Translations under genes and position numbers: made by a program
Part shown: positions 19,488 to 29,974 of the stretch, in pieces
Numbering within the stretch: position 1 is the stretch's first letter
Layout of the letters: each line of letters opens with the position of its first letter
Assembly (NCBI RefSeq): GCF_044361985.1
Contig: NZ_JBIKHV010000008.1
Location: 737 to 64,736 of the forward strand
From: Limnohabitans sp.
Lineage (GTDB): Bacteria; Pseudomonadota; Gammaproteobacteria; Burkholderiales; Burkholderiaceae_C
Direction: 5' to 3'
DNA: 64,000 nt
Notes under the pieces: model-generated
What the model saw: the letters and a program-made list of their open reading frames with translations, nothing else
What the model was told of the DNA's origin: nothing
The model's database searches: none

Positions 19488-20393
19488 TTAGGGGTAGATC
19501 TTCATTTCATTCAAAATCCATTGCTGTGCCGAATGATTTTTCGGATTCCAGCCCAAATCTTCGCGAGCACGTACAGAACGGACTCGGCTATTGCTGCCAA
19601 ATGAGAACAGTGCTCTGGCCATGCCCCACTTCTCCACTGCGAACTCAGGGTCGAGATGCTCTATTGCATGAATGCCAAGACGTTTTGATATTGACTTGGC
19701 AATTTCAATAAAGGAGGCTTCACCGTTTTCGGCGAAATACAGCGAACCACCCTTGCATTTCTCTGCCACCAACAAATACAAATCAACCAGGTCGTCGATA
19801 TGAACATTGGACCAAGTGTTCAACCCTTTTCCGACAATTTGAACGGCACCATTGTCAGAAGCGTTCTTTGAAAGAAATGGAATTTGTATGCTTTGTTTGT
19901 TGATCCCTTTTCCATATCCATAAATCAAGCTGGGAGCTACGACAGCAGACCTGATATCCAGCTTGGAAGCCTCAATGACTCGCAGATCAATGTCCCGACG
20001 CGCCTGCTTCCTGGGGTCAATCACCAAGGTCGAATTTTCCGAATAAATGGCATCCGAACAAAAATCACCACGGGCATCGTCGCCGATGATGCTTGTTCCA
20101 CTGGTGTGAATCAGCACCCTTCCAGTTCCTTTTAGCCCTGCGATCAACGCTTCAACAGCACCCAAGTGATCAGCATTTGCGGTATTGAAAACTGCATCTG
20201 CTTTGCAAGCTTCTTGAACAAGCAGTTCCGCGTCTTCAAGCTCACCCATAACGGGTTCAATACCTAAAGTCATGAGCTGCTGAGCGCTTGAAAAGCTTCT
20301 CGTCAATCCACGGACCTTGTGTCCATTTTTGATCATTGCGATGGCGACTGATCCTCCGATGTATCCAGTCGCGCCAGTGATAAAGACATTCAT
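19488..20393 (-). CDS. NAD-dependent epimerase/dehydratase family protein
   Basis: ITGATGYIG, HTSG, VHIDDL. Confidence 0.88.
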   Translation of the reverse strand: MNVFITGATGYIGGSVAIAMIKNGHKVRGLTRSFSSAQQLMTLGIEPVMGELEDAELLVQEACKADAVFNTANADHLGAVEALIAGLKGTGRVLIHTSGTSIIGDDARGDFCSDAIYSENSTLVIDPRKQARRDIDLRVIEASKLDIRSAVVAPSLIYGYGKGINKQSIQIPFLSKNASDNGAVQIVGKGLNTWSNVHIDDLVDLYLLVAEKCKGGSLYFAENGEASFIEIAKSISKRLGIHAIEHLDPEFAVEKWGMARALFSFGSNSRVRSVRAREDLGWNPKNHSAQQWILNEMKIYP

Positions 20394-20416
20394 GTGCAGT
20401 GACCTTGGATGTCAGA

Positions 20417-22315
20417 TCAAAGCATGAATGTGGACAGGGAAGGTATTGCAGCGATCACGATGACACCAACCAGTAAAGCCGCGATGTAAGGCCAAATCGC
20501 GACAATGACATCATCTGGTTTCGCGTCTCCAATACGGCATGCAATGTAAAAGCCAACGCCAATCGGCGGCATCATCAGGCCAACGTTCATTGCACAGACG
20601 ACAACCATCGAATAGTGAATTTCGTTGATCCCAAGCTTCTTAGCAATTGGGAACATGATTGGCGCCAGCAGCAACACGGCTGGAAGTCCTTCAAGAAGAC
20701 AGCCCAGTATCAAAAATACGATGATAGTCACCGCCATAAAGGCCATCCAACCGCCTGGTAATGTGGTCAAAAACAAGGACAGTTGTTGCACGATCCCGCT
20801 TTGCGTAATAGCCCATGCCATGGCAGAGGCCGTACCCAGGATTAGAAGGATGGCACCGCTGAGGGCGGCTGTTTCGACAAGCATGGCATACAGCCGCTTC
20901 CAGCCAATACCGCCATAAAGCACCTGACCAATCATCATCGCGTACAACACTGCAATGGTGGAAACTTCGGTGGCGGTTGCAACGCCACCCCCAACGGCAC
21001 TGCGAATCAAAAATGGCAACACCAACGCAGGCGCAGCGATCAAAGCCAGTCGGCCAATGATTTTCATACTTGGCCGCTTGATTTGGCTTGTGTCCTCATT
21101 GCGCGCCTTCCATCTTGCCAGTACAAGCAACGCCAAAAGAAGAACCATGGCTACAAAAAATCCACTTTCAAACAAGCCAGCGATTGAGACACCAGCGACC
21201 GAACCCAAAACAATCAAGACGATGCTTGGGGGAACTGTGTCCGCCATGGCGGCACCGGTAGCTAACAGTGCGACCATTTCAGATCGCTTATTTCCTCGTC
21301 TGCGCATTTCAGGAAAAAGTGCAGGGGCAACCGTCGCCATGTCTGAAACCTTGGAGCCTGAAATTCCAGACACGATGAAAAGCGATGCCAAAAGAACATA
21401 TGACATGCCAGCCTTGACGTGACCAATCATCGATGCCAGAAGATCGACAATGGCTTTACCCATTCCAGTCGCATCGAGCACACAGCCCAATAGAACAAAA
21501 ATCGGAACAGAGACCAAAACAATATTGCCCATCCCCTCATCAATGCGACCAACAATCACGACCAATGGAATATTGCTACTGAACGCCAAATACGTCATCA
21601 CACCAATGCCAAAGCAAAAGGCAATGGGAACGCCAGAGACCAAACAAAGTGCCACCAGACCGCACAAGAAGATCAGGATATTGATCAATCCCAACTGTGC
21701 AATTTGCGGAGAAATTTTAGAGCAAAGAAAAACAAACAATCCAACGCCTACTATTGCAATTGAAAGATGTTTTTTCGAAACCGTTTTTAACGCATACGCA
21801 CCGATGACCGTCAGCATCAAAATCATCCCTGCAGCAATCGCAGTAACCCGGATGCCACTGGGGATCTCAAGAGATGGAGAGTTAACAACCCATTCGCTTT
21901 CAACGTGCTCAATAGCAGGGCCAATGAGACCGATCAAAAATGCACCTATTGCGGCAAGGGCAAAAGCATGTACCAGCCCTCGCAAATTTTCGGATAGCTT
22001 ATCAACGAACATCGACAATCTGAGGTGTTCATTGCGATGCATGGCAATGACCGCCCCCAGCATCGCAACCCAAATGAAGGCGATCGAAACAGCCTCATCG
22101 ATCCACCCAACGGGTCGAGAAAATACATAGCGTGCAATGACGCCGCTGAAAAGCATAGCAACGATACTGACCATCAGGGCGGCGCAAAGTGCTTCCAAGG
22201 GCATCATCCATTTTGAAAGAATGCGATTGAACGCTGTCTCTGCAGGCGCTGCAGAATGCTCTTGCGCTAACAATGCGGTGATGGCGTCAGGGCTGGTCAT
22301 AGGGGTCTCATACAT
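20417..22315 (-). CDS. dctQM: TRAP transporter fused small/large permease (DctQM)
   Basis: Polytopic membrane protein; SGISGS, VPPS, ATATE, MPPIG. Confidence 0.92.
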   Translation of the reverse strand: MYETPMTSPDAITALLAQEHSAAPAETAFNRILSKWMMPLEALCAALMVSIVAMLFSGVIARYVFSRPVGWIDEAVSIAFIWVAMLGAVIAMHRNEHLRLSMFVDKLSENLRGLVHAFALAAIGAFLIGLIGPAIEHVESEWVVNSPSLEIPSGIRVTAIAAGMILMLTVIGAYALKTVSKKHLSIAIVGVGLFVFLCSKISPQIAQLGLINILIFLCGLVALCLVSGVPIAFCFGIGVMTYLAFSSNIPLVVIVGRIDEGMGNIVLVSVPIFVLLGCVLDATGMGKAIVDLLASMIGHVKAGMSYVLLASLFIVSGISGSKVSDMATVAPALFPEMRRRGNKRSEMVALLATGAAMADTVPPSIVLIVLGSVAGVSIAGLFESGFFVAMVLLLALLVLARWKARNEDTSQIKRPSMKIIGRLALIAAPALVLPFLIRSAVGGGVATATEVSTIAVLYAMMIGQVLYGGIGWKRLYAMLVETAALSGAILLILGTASAMAWAITQSGIVQQLSLFLTTLPGGWMAFMAVTIIVFLILGCLLEGLPAVLLLAPIMFPIAKKLGINEIHYSMVVVCAMNVGLMMPPIGVGFYIACRIGDAKPDDVIVAIWPYIAALLVGVIVIAAIPSLSTFML

Positions 22316-22391
22316 TCTTAATAAGCAATAGGCTTAAACGGGTCAGCAGGCACATCGAAAAATATCGACATGCCTGCAAACGTAAGCGCAA

Positions 22392-22412
22392 AAGGGCCAG
22401 TTGATGGCCCTT
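22392..22412 (-). terminator. hairpin downstream of dctP
   Basis: AAGGGCCA-GTTGA-TGGCCCTT with a short U tract on the minus strand. Confidence 0.45.
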
Positions 22413-22417
22413 GATAC

Positions 22418-23467
22418 TCAAGCCAGCTTGCCGCTGTACTTCTCAAGCAATGCCCATGCCTCTGGGCCAAATTTCTTTTGCCATTCAACGTAATAGCCTG
22501 ACTTTTGCAACAAATCGCGGAAAGGCTTGGTATCCAGTCGGTTGAACTGCATACCTTGGCCTTTGAGTTTGGTTTCCAGGCTGGCGTTCAGCGTATCGTG
22601 TGCAGTGCGCTGCTTGAGCGCTTGCGATTCAAAGACTCGAGTGACCAATGCCCTCAAATCATCTGGTAACGCATTCCAGCTTCTTTTGTTACCGACCAGT
22701 GAGAAGTATTCCCACATGTGTGATGTGTAAGAGCAGTACTTCTGAACTTCGTAGAGCTTGACGGCATCGATGGTTGGCAGCGCATTTTCTTGACCATCCA
22801 CCACTTTGGTTTGAAGTGCGGTGTAAAGCTCGCCAATTGGGACTGTGGCTGGTGAGGCATCCAATCCTTTGAACATGGATGTCCACAGCGGTGTCGCTGG
22901 CACGCGAATCTTCATGCCTACAAGGTCTTTAGGCGATGTAATCGGCTTGGTGGAGTGGGTGATTTGACGGAATCCGTGGTCAAACACTTTGCCGACTTGG
23001 ACCAAATTGAATTTATCGAAAGCGGCGCGCATGTGGCCACCAAGATCACCATCCATCGCCTTCCAAACAGTTGCATAGTCTGGGAACGCAAAGGCAATGG
23101 AATTGATGGCTGCCACAGGAACCAGGTTGCCGTAGATAGAGCCAGCGGTGCAGACAAAATCAATGGCGCCCGAGCGAACCTGCGAAAGCGTGTCGGTGTC
23201 GCTACCTAACTGCCCGTTTGTGTAAACATCAATGCTCAGACGGCCGTTTGATTCCTTCAAAATTTCAGCACAGGCGGCCTTCAATGCGACTGGTGTGGGA
23301 TGACTCTCTGGCAATGTGATCGCGATTTTCATAGTGATCTTGCCCGCCCCCTGCGCCAGGACGGCACCAGGCACCAGTGTTGTTGCAGCCACGCCAGCCA
23401 TACCCATCAAAATTTCACGACGGCTGGAATCTTGTGGCTTTTGGCTGGTTTTGAAATTAAATGACAT
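22418..23467 (-). CDS. dctP: TRAP transporter substrate-binding protein DctP (Tat-like signal)
   Basis: SRREIL signal, GQLG, GFRQI, GMKIRVP, ELYTALQTKVVDGQEN. Confidence 0.95.
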   Translation of the reverse strand: MSFNFKTSQKPQDSSRREILMGMAGVAATTLVPGAVLAQGAGKITMKIAITLPESHPTPVALKAACAEILKESNGRLSIDVYTNGQLGSDTDTLSQVRSGAIDFVCTAGSIYGNLVPVAAINSIAFAFPDYATVWKAMDGDLGGHMRAAFDKFNLVQVGKVFDHGFRQITHSTKPITSPKDLVGMKIRVPATPLWTSMFKGLDASPATVPIGELYTALQTKVVDGQENALPTIDAVKLYEVQKYCSYTSHMWEYFSLVGNKRSWNALPDDLRALVTRVFESQALKQRTAHDTLNASLETKLKGQGMQFNRLDTKPFRDLLQKSGYYVEWQKKFGPEAWALLEKYSGKLA

Positions 23468-23497
23468 CTTTGTCTCCTAAAGTGATTTGTTACTGAA

Positions 23498-23923
23498 TCA
23501 AGCAAAAACATTGGGTTGATGAACTTCGATGCAATGACCGTCCGGGTCATACAAGAACACTTGGTGCCAACCGGGGATAGCCCAGCATCCGTAGTCGGAA
23601 TAGCGAATTTTCAACTCATCACAGCGACGCATGAAGCCTTTGATGTCATCGGTGCGAAAACAGAAGTGGCCATGCCCCATGGGGTTCACAAACTTCTTCA
23701 TCTTGAATCCGGTCTCAAGATCTCTTTCTGACCAATGGAACTCAATGTCGCCATCAGTCAGGAAGTCCACCTTACCTGTGTAAGCCCTGTCCTCACGCTC
23801 ACGACTGATCACGGTGTGCTCGGCATCGGTAATTGCGCCCAAGCTGAACAACGTTTTATAGAACGTGGTCAAGCGGGGCAGGTTATCAGTACAAATATTC
23901 ATGTGATGAAACTTGAAATTCAT
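23498..23923 (-). CDS. VOC/glyoxalase family protein
   Basis: FHHMNI, GHFCFRTDD, FLYDPDGHCIE; start moved to ATG 23923. Confidence 0.85.
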   Translation of the reverse strand: MNFKFHHMNICTDNLPRLTTFYKTLFSLGAITDAEHTVISREREDRAYTGKVDFLTDGDIEFHWSERDLETGFKMKKFVNPMGHGHFCFRTDDIKGFMRRCDELKIRYSDYGCWAIPGWHQVFLYDPDGHCIEVHQPNVFA

Positions 23924-24035
23924 TGCGATTCCTGTGTTGAAGTTAAGAAATTTCCGTGTGGCTGATGCCACAAGGGATGAACGCAGGCGGGGAGTGTGAT
24001 GGCTCCCCTCAAGCTCTGAGGCATACGATATCTAA

Positions 24036-24048
24036 ATTCACATATGAA
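24036..24048. promoter_or_regulatory. putative IclR operator
   Basis: ATTCACATATGAA; exact reverse-complement copy at 28119-28131, upstream of iclR. Confidence 0.6.
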
Positions 24049-24156
24049 GTAAAGGATGCGCTCATGAATTATTATCGGGGTTATCCCTGATTTTTTTGGT
24101 TAAATTTGTCCTTTTCTTCACTTTTCACACTCATTGATGAATGATATTATTCGCTG

Positions 24157-25023
24157 ATGAATTCAAATTCGATTGACCTGTTGACAGATACACCGTCCAA
24201 CGAGGTGGCAATCCGTTCAGAGATTTGCAGCGTTTCAGCAGTTCGCAGAGTTGCAGCAATGTTGGACCTTGATCCTGATGCGTATGAAGAGGGATCGCCG
24301 CTGCCTCGGGGCTGGCAATTCATCTTGATGGCAGCAGACACAAGAAGATCGCAACTTCGCGCAGACGGGTTTCCGGGTCTGGGTGTGGCCATGCCTGATC
24401 TGGGACTGCCCAGGTTGTTGCTGGGTGGCAGATCGGTTGTCTACAAAGCAGATATCCCGATAGGTGCCCAAGTGACTCGGAAAAGTTCCATTCGCAATCT
24501 CACTCATAAGGCCAATGCATCAGGCCCCATAGCTATCGCCACGATTGATCATGAATTGAACTTGGCGGCCAATGATTTACCCCTGTTGCTTGAAACCCAG
24601 ACCTACTTGCTGCTGCCCGCAAGCAAGGGGGGCGGGTCCGTGGGCGTATCAAGACATCCCGAAGATTTGACGGGTCAATATTCAAAAACAGTTGTTCCAG
24701 ACGAAACATTGCTGTTTCAGTATTCGGCCTTAGGTTTTAACTCTCACAAGATTCACGTTGACCGTTCTCACGCAAGGAATGTAGAAGGATTCCCGGATTT
24801 GGTGGTCAATGGCGGTCTGGCCACTTTGATGCTGACCGAATTTCTGCGTCATGAAATAGGAATAACGCCACAGAACATCAAGGTTCGTCACGTCGCGCCA
24901 TTGTTTTGTGGAAGCCCGATCACCATGGTTGCCAATCAAATTGAGTCCAAGTGGCAACTACAGGCCTATGACCATCGTTTCACGCTAGCCATTGATATGG
25001 AGGTTGACACCCATGAGCTTTAA
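24157..25023 (+). CDS. hot-dog fold (MaoC/HTD2-like) acyl-CoA hydratase, mesaconyl/itaconyl-CoA hydratase-like
   Basis: LLFQYSALGFNSHKIHVD..EGFPDLVVNGGL..PLF. Confidence 0.8.
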   Translation: MNSNSIDLLTDTPSNEVAIRSEICSVSAVRRVAAMLDLDPDAYEEGSPLPRGWQFILMAADTRRSQLRADGFPGLGVAMPDLGLPRLLLGGRSVVYKADIPIGAQVTRKSSIRNLTHKANASGPIAIATIDHELNLAANDLPLLLETQTYLLLPASKGGGSVGVSRHPEDLTGQYSKTVVPDETLLFQYSALGFNSHKIHVDRSHARNVEGFPDLVVNGGLATLMLTEFLRHEIGITPQNIKVRHVAPLFCGSPITMVANQIESKWQLQAYDHRFTLAIDMEVDTHEL

Positions 25024-26218
25024 ACCACTGCAAGGTATCCGCATACTTGATTTAACCAGCGTTGTGGTGGGCCCGGTGTGCACCTGGCGTTTGGGACAGT
25101 ACGGGGCTGAAATCATCAAGGTTGAAAACCCTGAAGGCGATCTGATGCGCGGTCTAGGCGGGCAATCGCCAACGGGCCAACACTCGGGCGCCTACCTGCA
25201 TCTGAATCGAGGAAAACGCAATGTATGCCTTGATCTTAAAAAACCTGGTGCACGTGACGTCATGGATCGATTGATCGAATCAGTCGATGTCATCGTTGCA
25301 AACATGCGTCCACAGGCCTTGCAAAAATTGGGCATTGACGCCGAAACAATTCGGGCGAGATTTCCTGAAAAGATTTATTGCCTGATCACAGGCTATGGAA
25401 CAGATGGGCCCTATGCGGGTTTGCCAACCTACGACAGTGTTGTGCAAGGTGTCACGGGGATGGCAGGTTTGTTTCTGGAAAGGGATGGTGCCCCCAATTA
25501 CGTTCCTATGTTGATCTGTGATCATGTCGCTGGTGAAATCGCTGCGGGGTCCATTCTTGCTGCAATTGTTGAATATCAATCAACAGGCAAAGGTTGCACA
25601 CTGGAAGTGCCGATGTTTGAAACCATGGCGGCTTTTGTACTTCAGGAGCATCTTGCGCAACAAAGCTTTGATCCTCCAGTCGGACCCGTTGGAGATCGTC
25701 GACTGCTCAGCCCGCACAACAAGCCCGTTCAGACTGCCAATGGCTGGATCTCGTTTACGGTCAATACCGACTCACAAGTTCGTGCATTTTTACAAGTCAC
25801 CGGGCGCGACAACTTACTGGACGATGCTCGCTTCAACTCCGTTTCGGCTCGTGCGAAATATGTCAAAGAATGGTTTGAGGTAAGGGGTACCCCATTGACA
25901 GACAAGTCAACTGATGAATGGCTTGAACTGCTGCAAAAAGCGGACATCGCGGCCCAACCTTGCCACACCCTGGAAACGCTGCAGCATGACAAGCATCTAA
26001 AGGCTGTCGGCCTCATCAAACATGAGGACCATCCAACAGAAGGAAAAACTGCAGCGATACGCGCATCCATCAAGGTCAACGATAACTTCCTCGATCTGCG
26101 CACTCCATCGCAGCCCAAAGGCTGGGAATCGATAAAAATTCTGAGTGAAATGGGCTTGAGCCCAAGCCAAATCGATGAACTGGTTTCATCTGGTGCTGTC
26201 ATCTCCTCCAACAACTAA
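25013..26218 (+). CDS. CoA transferase family III
   Basis: PLQGIRILDLT..GP..GAEIIKVE..NRGKR..YD; ATG 25013 overlaps the upstream gene end. Confidence 0.93.
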   Translation: MSFKPLQGIRILDLTSVVVGPVCTWRLGQYGAEIIKVENPEGDLMRGLGGQSPTGQHSGAYLHLNRGKRNVCLDLKKPGARDVMDRLIESVDVIVANMRPQALQKLGIDAETIRARFPEKIYCLITGYGTDGPYAGLPTYDSVVQGVTGMAGLFLERDGAPNYVPMLICDHVAGEIAAGSILAAIVEYQSTGKGCTLEVPMFETMAAFVLQEHLAQQSFDPPVGPVGDRRLLSPHNKPVQTANGWISFTVNTDSQVRAFLQVTGRDNLLDDARFNSVSARAKYVKEWFEVRGTPLTDKSTDEWLELLQKADIAAQPCHTLETLQHDKHLKAVGLIKHEDHPTEGKTAAIRASIKVNDNFLDLRTPSQPKGWESIKILSEMGLSPSQIDELVSSGAVISSNN

Positions 26219-26229
26219 TTCTGAAACCA

Positions 26230-27210
26230 ATGAAAATGACAAACCGTCGAAATGTGCTTCAAATCCTGGGGAGTGGCCTCGCACTCAACGCCTTTCCTTC
26301 ATGGGCTCAAGACTTCCCATCCCGCCCCATCAAGGTCATCATTCCATTTCCACCAGGTGGCCCAACAGACATTCTCGGGCGCATCGTTGCACAAAAGCTC
26401 TCCGAACGCCTCGGGCAAAGTGTTGTTGTTGATAACAAGCCTGGAGCAAGCGGAATGATTGGTGCAGACATGGTTGCAAAATCGCCACCTGATGGCTACA
26501 CCCTTCTGGTTAACGCATCACTCCATGTGATCAACCCCAGCCTGTATGAAAAATCGCGGTACGACGCCATCGCGGATTTCGCTCCGCTTAGCAACCTTGC
26601 GGACGTACCACTTGTACTTGTGGTGAATCCGAAAACACCCGTCCAAACCGTCAAGGAGCTCATTGCATGGGTGAAGGTGTCTAAGACACCCGTCAATTTC
26701 GCATCATCTGGCAATGCAACAGCACCACACCTTGCAGGCGAAGCTTTTAAGCTTGCTGCAGGTATTGAAAACATGCAGCATGTTCCCTACAAAGGGAGCT
26801 CACCGGCTCTCACTGACTTGCTCGGTGGACAAGTTCAGATGATGTTTGACTCGTTGCCCTCAAGTCAACCATTCATCAAGTCAGGGGCGCTGAAAGCGAT
26901 TGCTGTCACAACACAGCGCAGGTCTTCAAGCCTGCCAGCCATTCCAACCATCGCTGAAAGTGGCCTCCAGGGATTCAACTTCAGCACTTGGTATGGGGTT
27001 TGGGCACCTAAATCGACACCAACTCAGATCGTGCAAAGACTGTCATCAGAGATAGGGCAAATCACTCGGCTGCCCGATGTTCGTGAACGATTTTTAGCAT
27101 TGGGTGCTGAACCTGTTGGAAATTCAGCAGAAGATTTTGCGGCCTTCACCAAGACAGAGCTCACAAAATGGGCTCGCATCGTCAAACAATCTGGCGCGCG
27201 TGTCGATTGA
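26230..27210 (+). CDS. Bug/TctC substrate-binding protein
   Basis: PFPPGGPTD, DNKPGASG, HVPYKG. Confidence 0.95.
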   Translation: MKMTNRRNVLQILGSGLALNAFPSWAQDFPSRPIKVIIPFPPGGPTDILGRIVAQKLSERLGQSVVVDNKPGASGMIGADMVAKSPPDGYTLLVNASLHVINPSLYEKSRYDAIADFAPLSNLADVPLVLVVNPKTPVQTVKELIAWVKVSKTPVNFASSGNATAPHLAGEAFKLAAGIENMQHVPYKGSSPALTDLLGGQVQMMFDSLPSSQPFIKSGALKAIAVTTQRRSSSLPAIPTIAESGLQGFNFSTWYGVWAPKSTPTQIVQRLSSEIGQITRLPDVRERFLALGAEPVGNSAEDFAAFTKTELTKWARIVKQSGARVD

Positions 27211-27235
27211 AAAGTACAAGAGCATGCATTTTTAA

Positions 27236-28081
27236 TCAACTTAAAGCTGCACCTCTGATAGAGCCACCGACCTTGCCCGAAATAGCCTTTGCCGCAGACC
27301 CAAGAGCTGCTGTGACCTCCGGTATGGACTTCCGCTGGTTTTGATCAATTCGCTCAGCATACGGAACCGTCAACGCGGCCAGGGCTCTGCCCTGCGTGTC
27401 CAATATGGGAAAACTGACCGCATAAAGCCCGCGAACCTGTACGCTTGGAACAGATTCAAAACCAATCTTTTTAATGGCCTCAAGAATTGTCGTGATCTGC
27501 TGATCTGATTGTTCCGGCCTACGTTGAATAGACTCCTCAAGCCAGAGCCTGGTCGTTTCAGCGTTTTGAAACGCCAACAAGACCCGTCCTGAAGCAGAAA
27601 TGAGCACATCCAACTCAGAACCTGCTCGCACGCTGAAACCCATTCCGCTGGGAGCATCCACCTTGGCAAGCACAACTTGTTTCCCTTGCGAATAAACCGT
27701 GAGGTGACAAGACTGATCCAGTTCCTTGGCCAATCTTTGCATGACTGGTAAAGCTTCAAACAGCAAACGATGAGTGGGCGGGCTTATGTGAGCCAATTCA
27801 AACAACTTGGTCGTGATGGTGTAGGAACTGTCATCAACTTGCGCGACGTAATTACGGTCGACCAGGCACGCCACCATTCGGTAAATTTCACCCACACTGC
27901 GATCCAAACTTTTAGCCAACTCCTTTTGAGTCATCGGCCTCTCATGACGGCATAGCATCTCGAGAATGTCCAGCCCTTTTTCCAAGGCCGGCGCGGCATA
28001 ACTGCGCCGCTCAACGTCAGCCGATAGTGTTTCAACCTCAAGCAAATTTTTCGCCACATCAACCCCATCGCATATGTTCAA
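27236..28081 (-). CDS. IclR family transcriptional regulator
   Basis: YAAPALEKGLDILE HTH; SASGRVLLAF. Exact start uncertain. Confidence 0.9.
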   Translation of the reverse strand: MNICDGVDVAKNLLEVETLSADVERRSYAAPALEKGLDILEMLCRHERPMTQKELAKSLDRSVGEIYRMVACLVDRNYVAQVDDSSYTITTKLFELAHISPPTHRLLFEALPVMQRLAKELDQSCHLTVYSQGKQVVLAKVDAPSGMGFSVRAGSELDVLISASGRVLLAFQNAETTRLWLEESIQRRPEQSDQQITTILEAIKKIGFESVPSVQVRGLYAVSFPILDTQGRALAALTVPYAERIDQNQRKSIPEVTAALGSAAKAISGKVGGSIRGAALS

Positions 28082-28212
28082 TTGAATCCAAGCTCAATCA
28101 TACCTATGAACGCTTTGATTCATATGTGAATACCCATCGGCATGAGATTTAACCGGTTACACGGCACATGAAACAATGATTTTGAGAAGCCACCTTACTT
28201 AGTTGTGAGCAC

Positions 28213-28370
28213 TGAAGTGGCCCCCGAATTTGGAACAGGTTTTTAATTGGGACACTGCCCAAAGAAACGGGTTACTCATGACTGAAGCAAAAAACGCGGA
28301 GTTCATTCGCCGGAGTTCAAGGCCAAGGTGGGACTTTAGGCTCTCGGCGTGATAAAGACTCCAAGCCAAC
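28213..28370 (+). mobile_element. IS3-family remnant (IRL + orfA 5' fragment)
   Basis: TGAAGTGGCCCCCGAATTTGGAACA end followed by a frameshifted ..HSPEFKAKVGL.. Confidence 0.6.
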
Positions 28371-28483
28371 TGAAGGCTGCGGTCGAACTGGCTTAATTTA
28401 CAATTCGCGGCTCACAAGCGGAGCCTGTCTTCAAAGTGTTGGCGCAGATCCAATATTGACCACCTGGGGGTGCTGCTTAAAAG

Positions 28484-28741
28484 TTAGGCTGTTGCATATC
28501 GTAAACACAAGGCTCCCTCGGTATTTGATGGGACTGAGTGAGTTTTAACATCGTTGGCCCACGAAGGAACCAGCCAAAACCGCACTAGACCAAAGGCAAC
28601 GCGATCTGACTGATGACTTTTCACCACTAAAGGTGCCGAGAAGACCGAGTAAGACTCAGCAGGAAAACTCACTGGTAAGTCTACGCCCAGCGCCTCTTTG
28701 ACCCACTTAGCACTTTTAGTTGGCGTGAAATTGGTGCACAC
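28484..28741 (-). pseudogene. SOS response-associated peptidase (SRAP/YedK), N-terminal fragment
   Basis: MCTNFTP with Cys2, ..APLV..FWLVPSWA, then truncated. Confidence 0.7.
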
Positions 28742-28779
28742 GGAAGCAGTTTATCGCCGACACCAAATACCCCCCCCAA

Positions 28780-28900
28780 AAGGGCCGGTTTGCAGCGGAA
28801 GCGGGCACCTGGTCAGACGTGCTGAGTGACATCAACCGGCCAAGAGTGGACTATCGAGCTAGACCAAATTGTGACTGCTCTCGAGTCTTGGAGGCGCATT
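28780..28900. repeat. array of three degenerate ~30-bp palindromes, ~45-bp period
   Basis: Units start at 28780 (AAGGGCCGGTTTGCAGCGGAAGCGGGCACC), 28825 (AGTGACATCAACCGGCCAAGAGTGGACTAT) and 28870 (TGTGACTGCTCTCGAGTCTTGGAGGCGCATT). Confidence 0.45.
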
Positions 28901-28918
28901 AAAACTTGAAGAGGCACA

Positions 28919-29845
28919 TCATTGCAGCAATGAAAATCCTGCTTTCGGAACAGCGGTTGACTGAAGTTGCTTGAGTTGCTCTCGAACAATCTCGCTGAAA
29001 GCCTCTCCGAGGCGAGGCAATGGACGATGGCGGTTTTTAACCAGATAAATAGGAAAACTAGGTGCATCTTCAATGCTCGCAAATACAAGGCCATCCGCCT
29101 TGTGTGCGCGTGCAGAAAGGTCATCCACAAATGCCACTGCCACGCCCGTGGCAGCCACCGCGCAAGCTGCCAACCCAGAACGCACTTCGGCTGCCACGTT
29201 GCGTGTCACATTGTGAGACTGAAGCCAGTGATTGATCACTGCACTTTGTGGCGCTTCTGCGCTGTAGGCCACAAGCCGCCCCGCCAGCGCTTTTGCCAAT
29301 TTGGGTTTTTTCTGGGTCACCAATGCATTATCGGTAGGGAGTGCACACAAAAGTAGCCAGCGTCCGATTTCCTCGACCTCCAGTGACGGATGATCCAAAG
29401 GGGCGCTGGAAATGGCCACATCGGCCTCTTCCGAAACCAACAGTTTGACGAATTCGCGCGTCGGAAGTGACTCGAACAGCACGCGAGCGGTCGGGTATTG
29501 GTTGATCAGCATGGCCATGCTGCGCGGCACCAGCTCCAAAGCCGTGTTGGCACTGGAGAGCACACGCAGGGTTGAGTGGGTGCCGTAACGCAGATGAGCT
29601 GCGACATCTCGCACATGCAAAACGCCGCGGTAAACCTTCTCAATTTCTATATGCAGCTCGCGTGCCTCTGCCGTGGGCACCAACCTTCCACTGCGGCGTT
29701 CAAACAGTGCCACATCCAGTTGCACTTCAAGGTGCCGCACCAGTCTACTAATGCCAGGCTGCGACACATGCAGCAATCGTGCAGCCTCGGTGGTCGTCCC
29801 CGTATTCATCACTGCGCGGAACACTTCAATTTGTCGCAAGTTCAT
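28919..29845 (-). CDS. LysR family regulator
   Basis: MNLRQIEVFRAVM..AARLLHVSQPGIS..LFERR. Confidence 0.95.
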   Translation of the reverse strand: MNLRQIEVFRAVMNTGTTTEAARLLHVSQPGISRLVRHLEVQLDVALFERRSGRLVPTAEARELHIEIEKVYRGVLHVRDVAAHLRYGTHSTLRVLSSANTALELVPRSMAMLINQYPTARVLFESLPTREFVKLLVSEEADVAISSAPLDHPSLEVEEIGRWLLLCALPTDNALVTQKKPKLAKALAGRLVAYSAEAPQSAVINHWLQSHNVTRNVAAEVRSGLAACAVAATGVAVAFVDDLSARAHKADGLVFASIEDAPSFPIYLVKNRHRPLPRLGEAFSEIVREQLKQLQSTAVPKAGFSLLQ

Positions 29846-29863
29846 GTTTAATATTATCCAGTC

Positions 29864-29880
29864 AATAACTTAATGTTATT
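29864..29880. promoter_or_regulatory. LysR-type operator
   Basis: AATAAC-TTAAT-GTTATT inverted repeat just upstream of lysR. Confidence 0.55.
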
Positions 29881-29974
29881 CACAAGACACATTTTGGTAT
29901 TTGATTGCATTAAAAGGCATGCCTAGGATGGTGTCCATCGGACCTCGGCAGGTCCTATTAACAGGAGACCTCCC

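Noticed and set aside
28795-28804. GCGGAAGCGG as an inverted third att core
   Set aside because: Only 10 bp, no arm or IHF sites, and better explained as part of a palindromic unit
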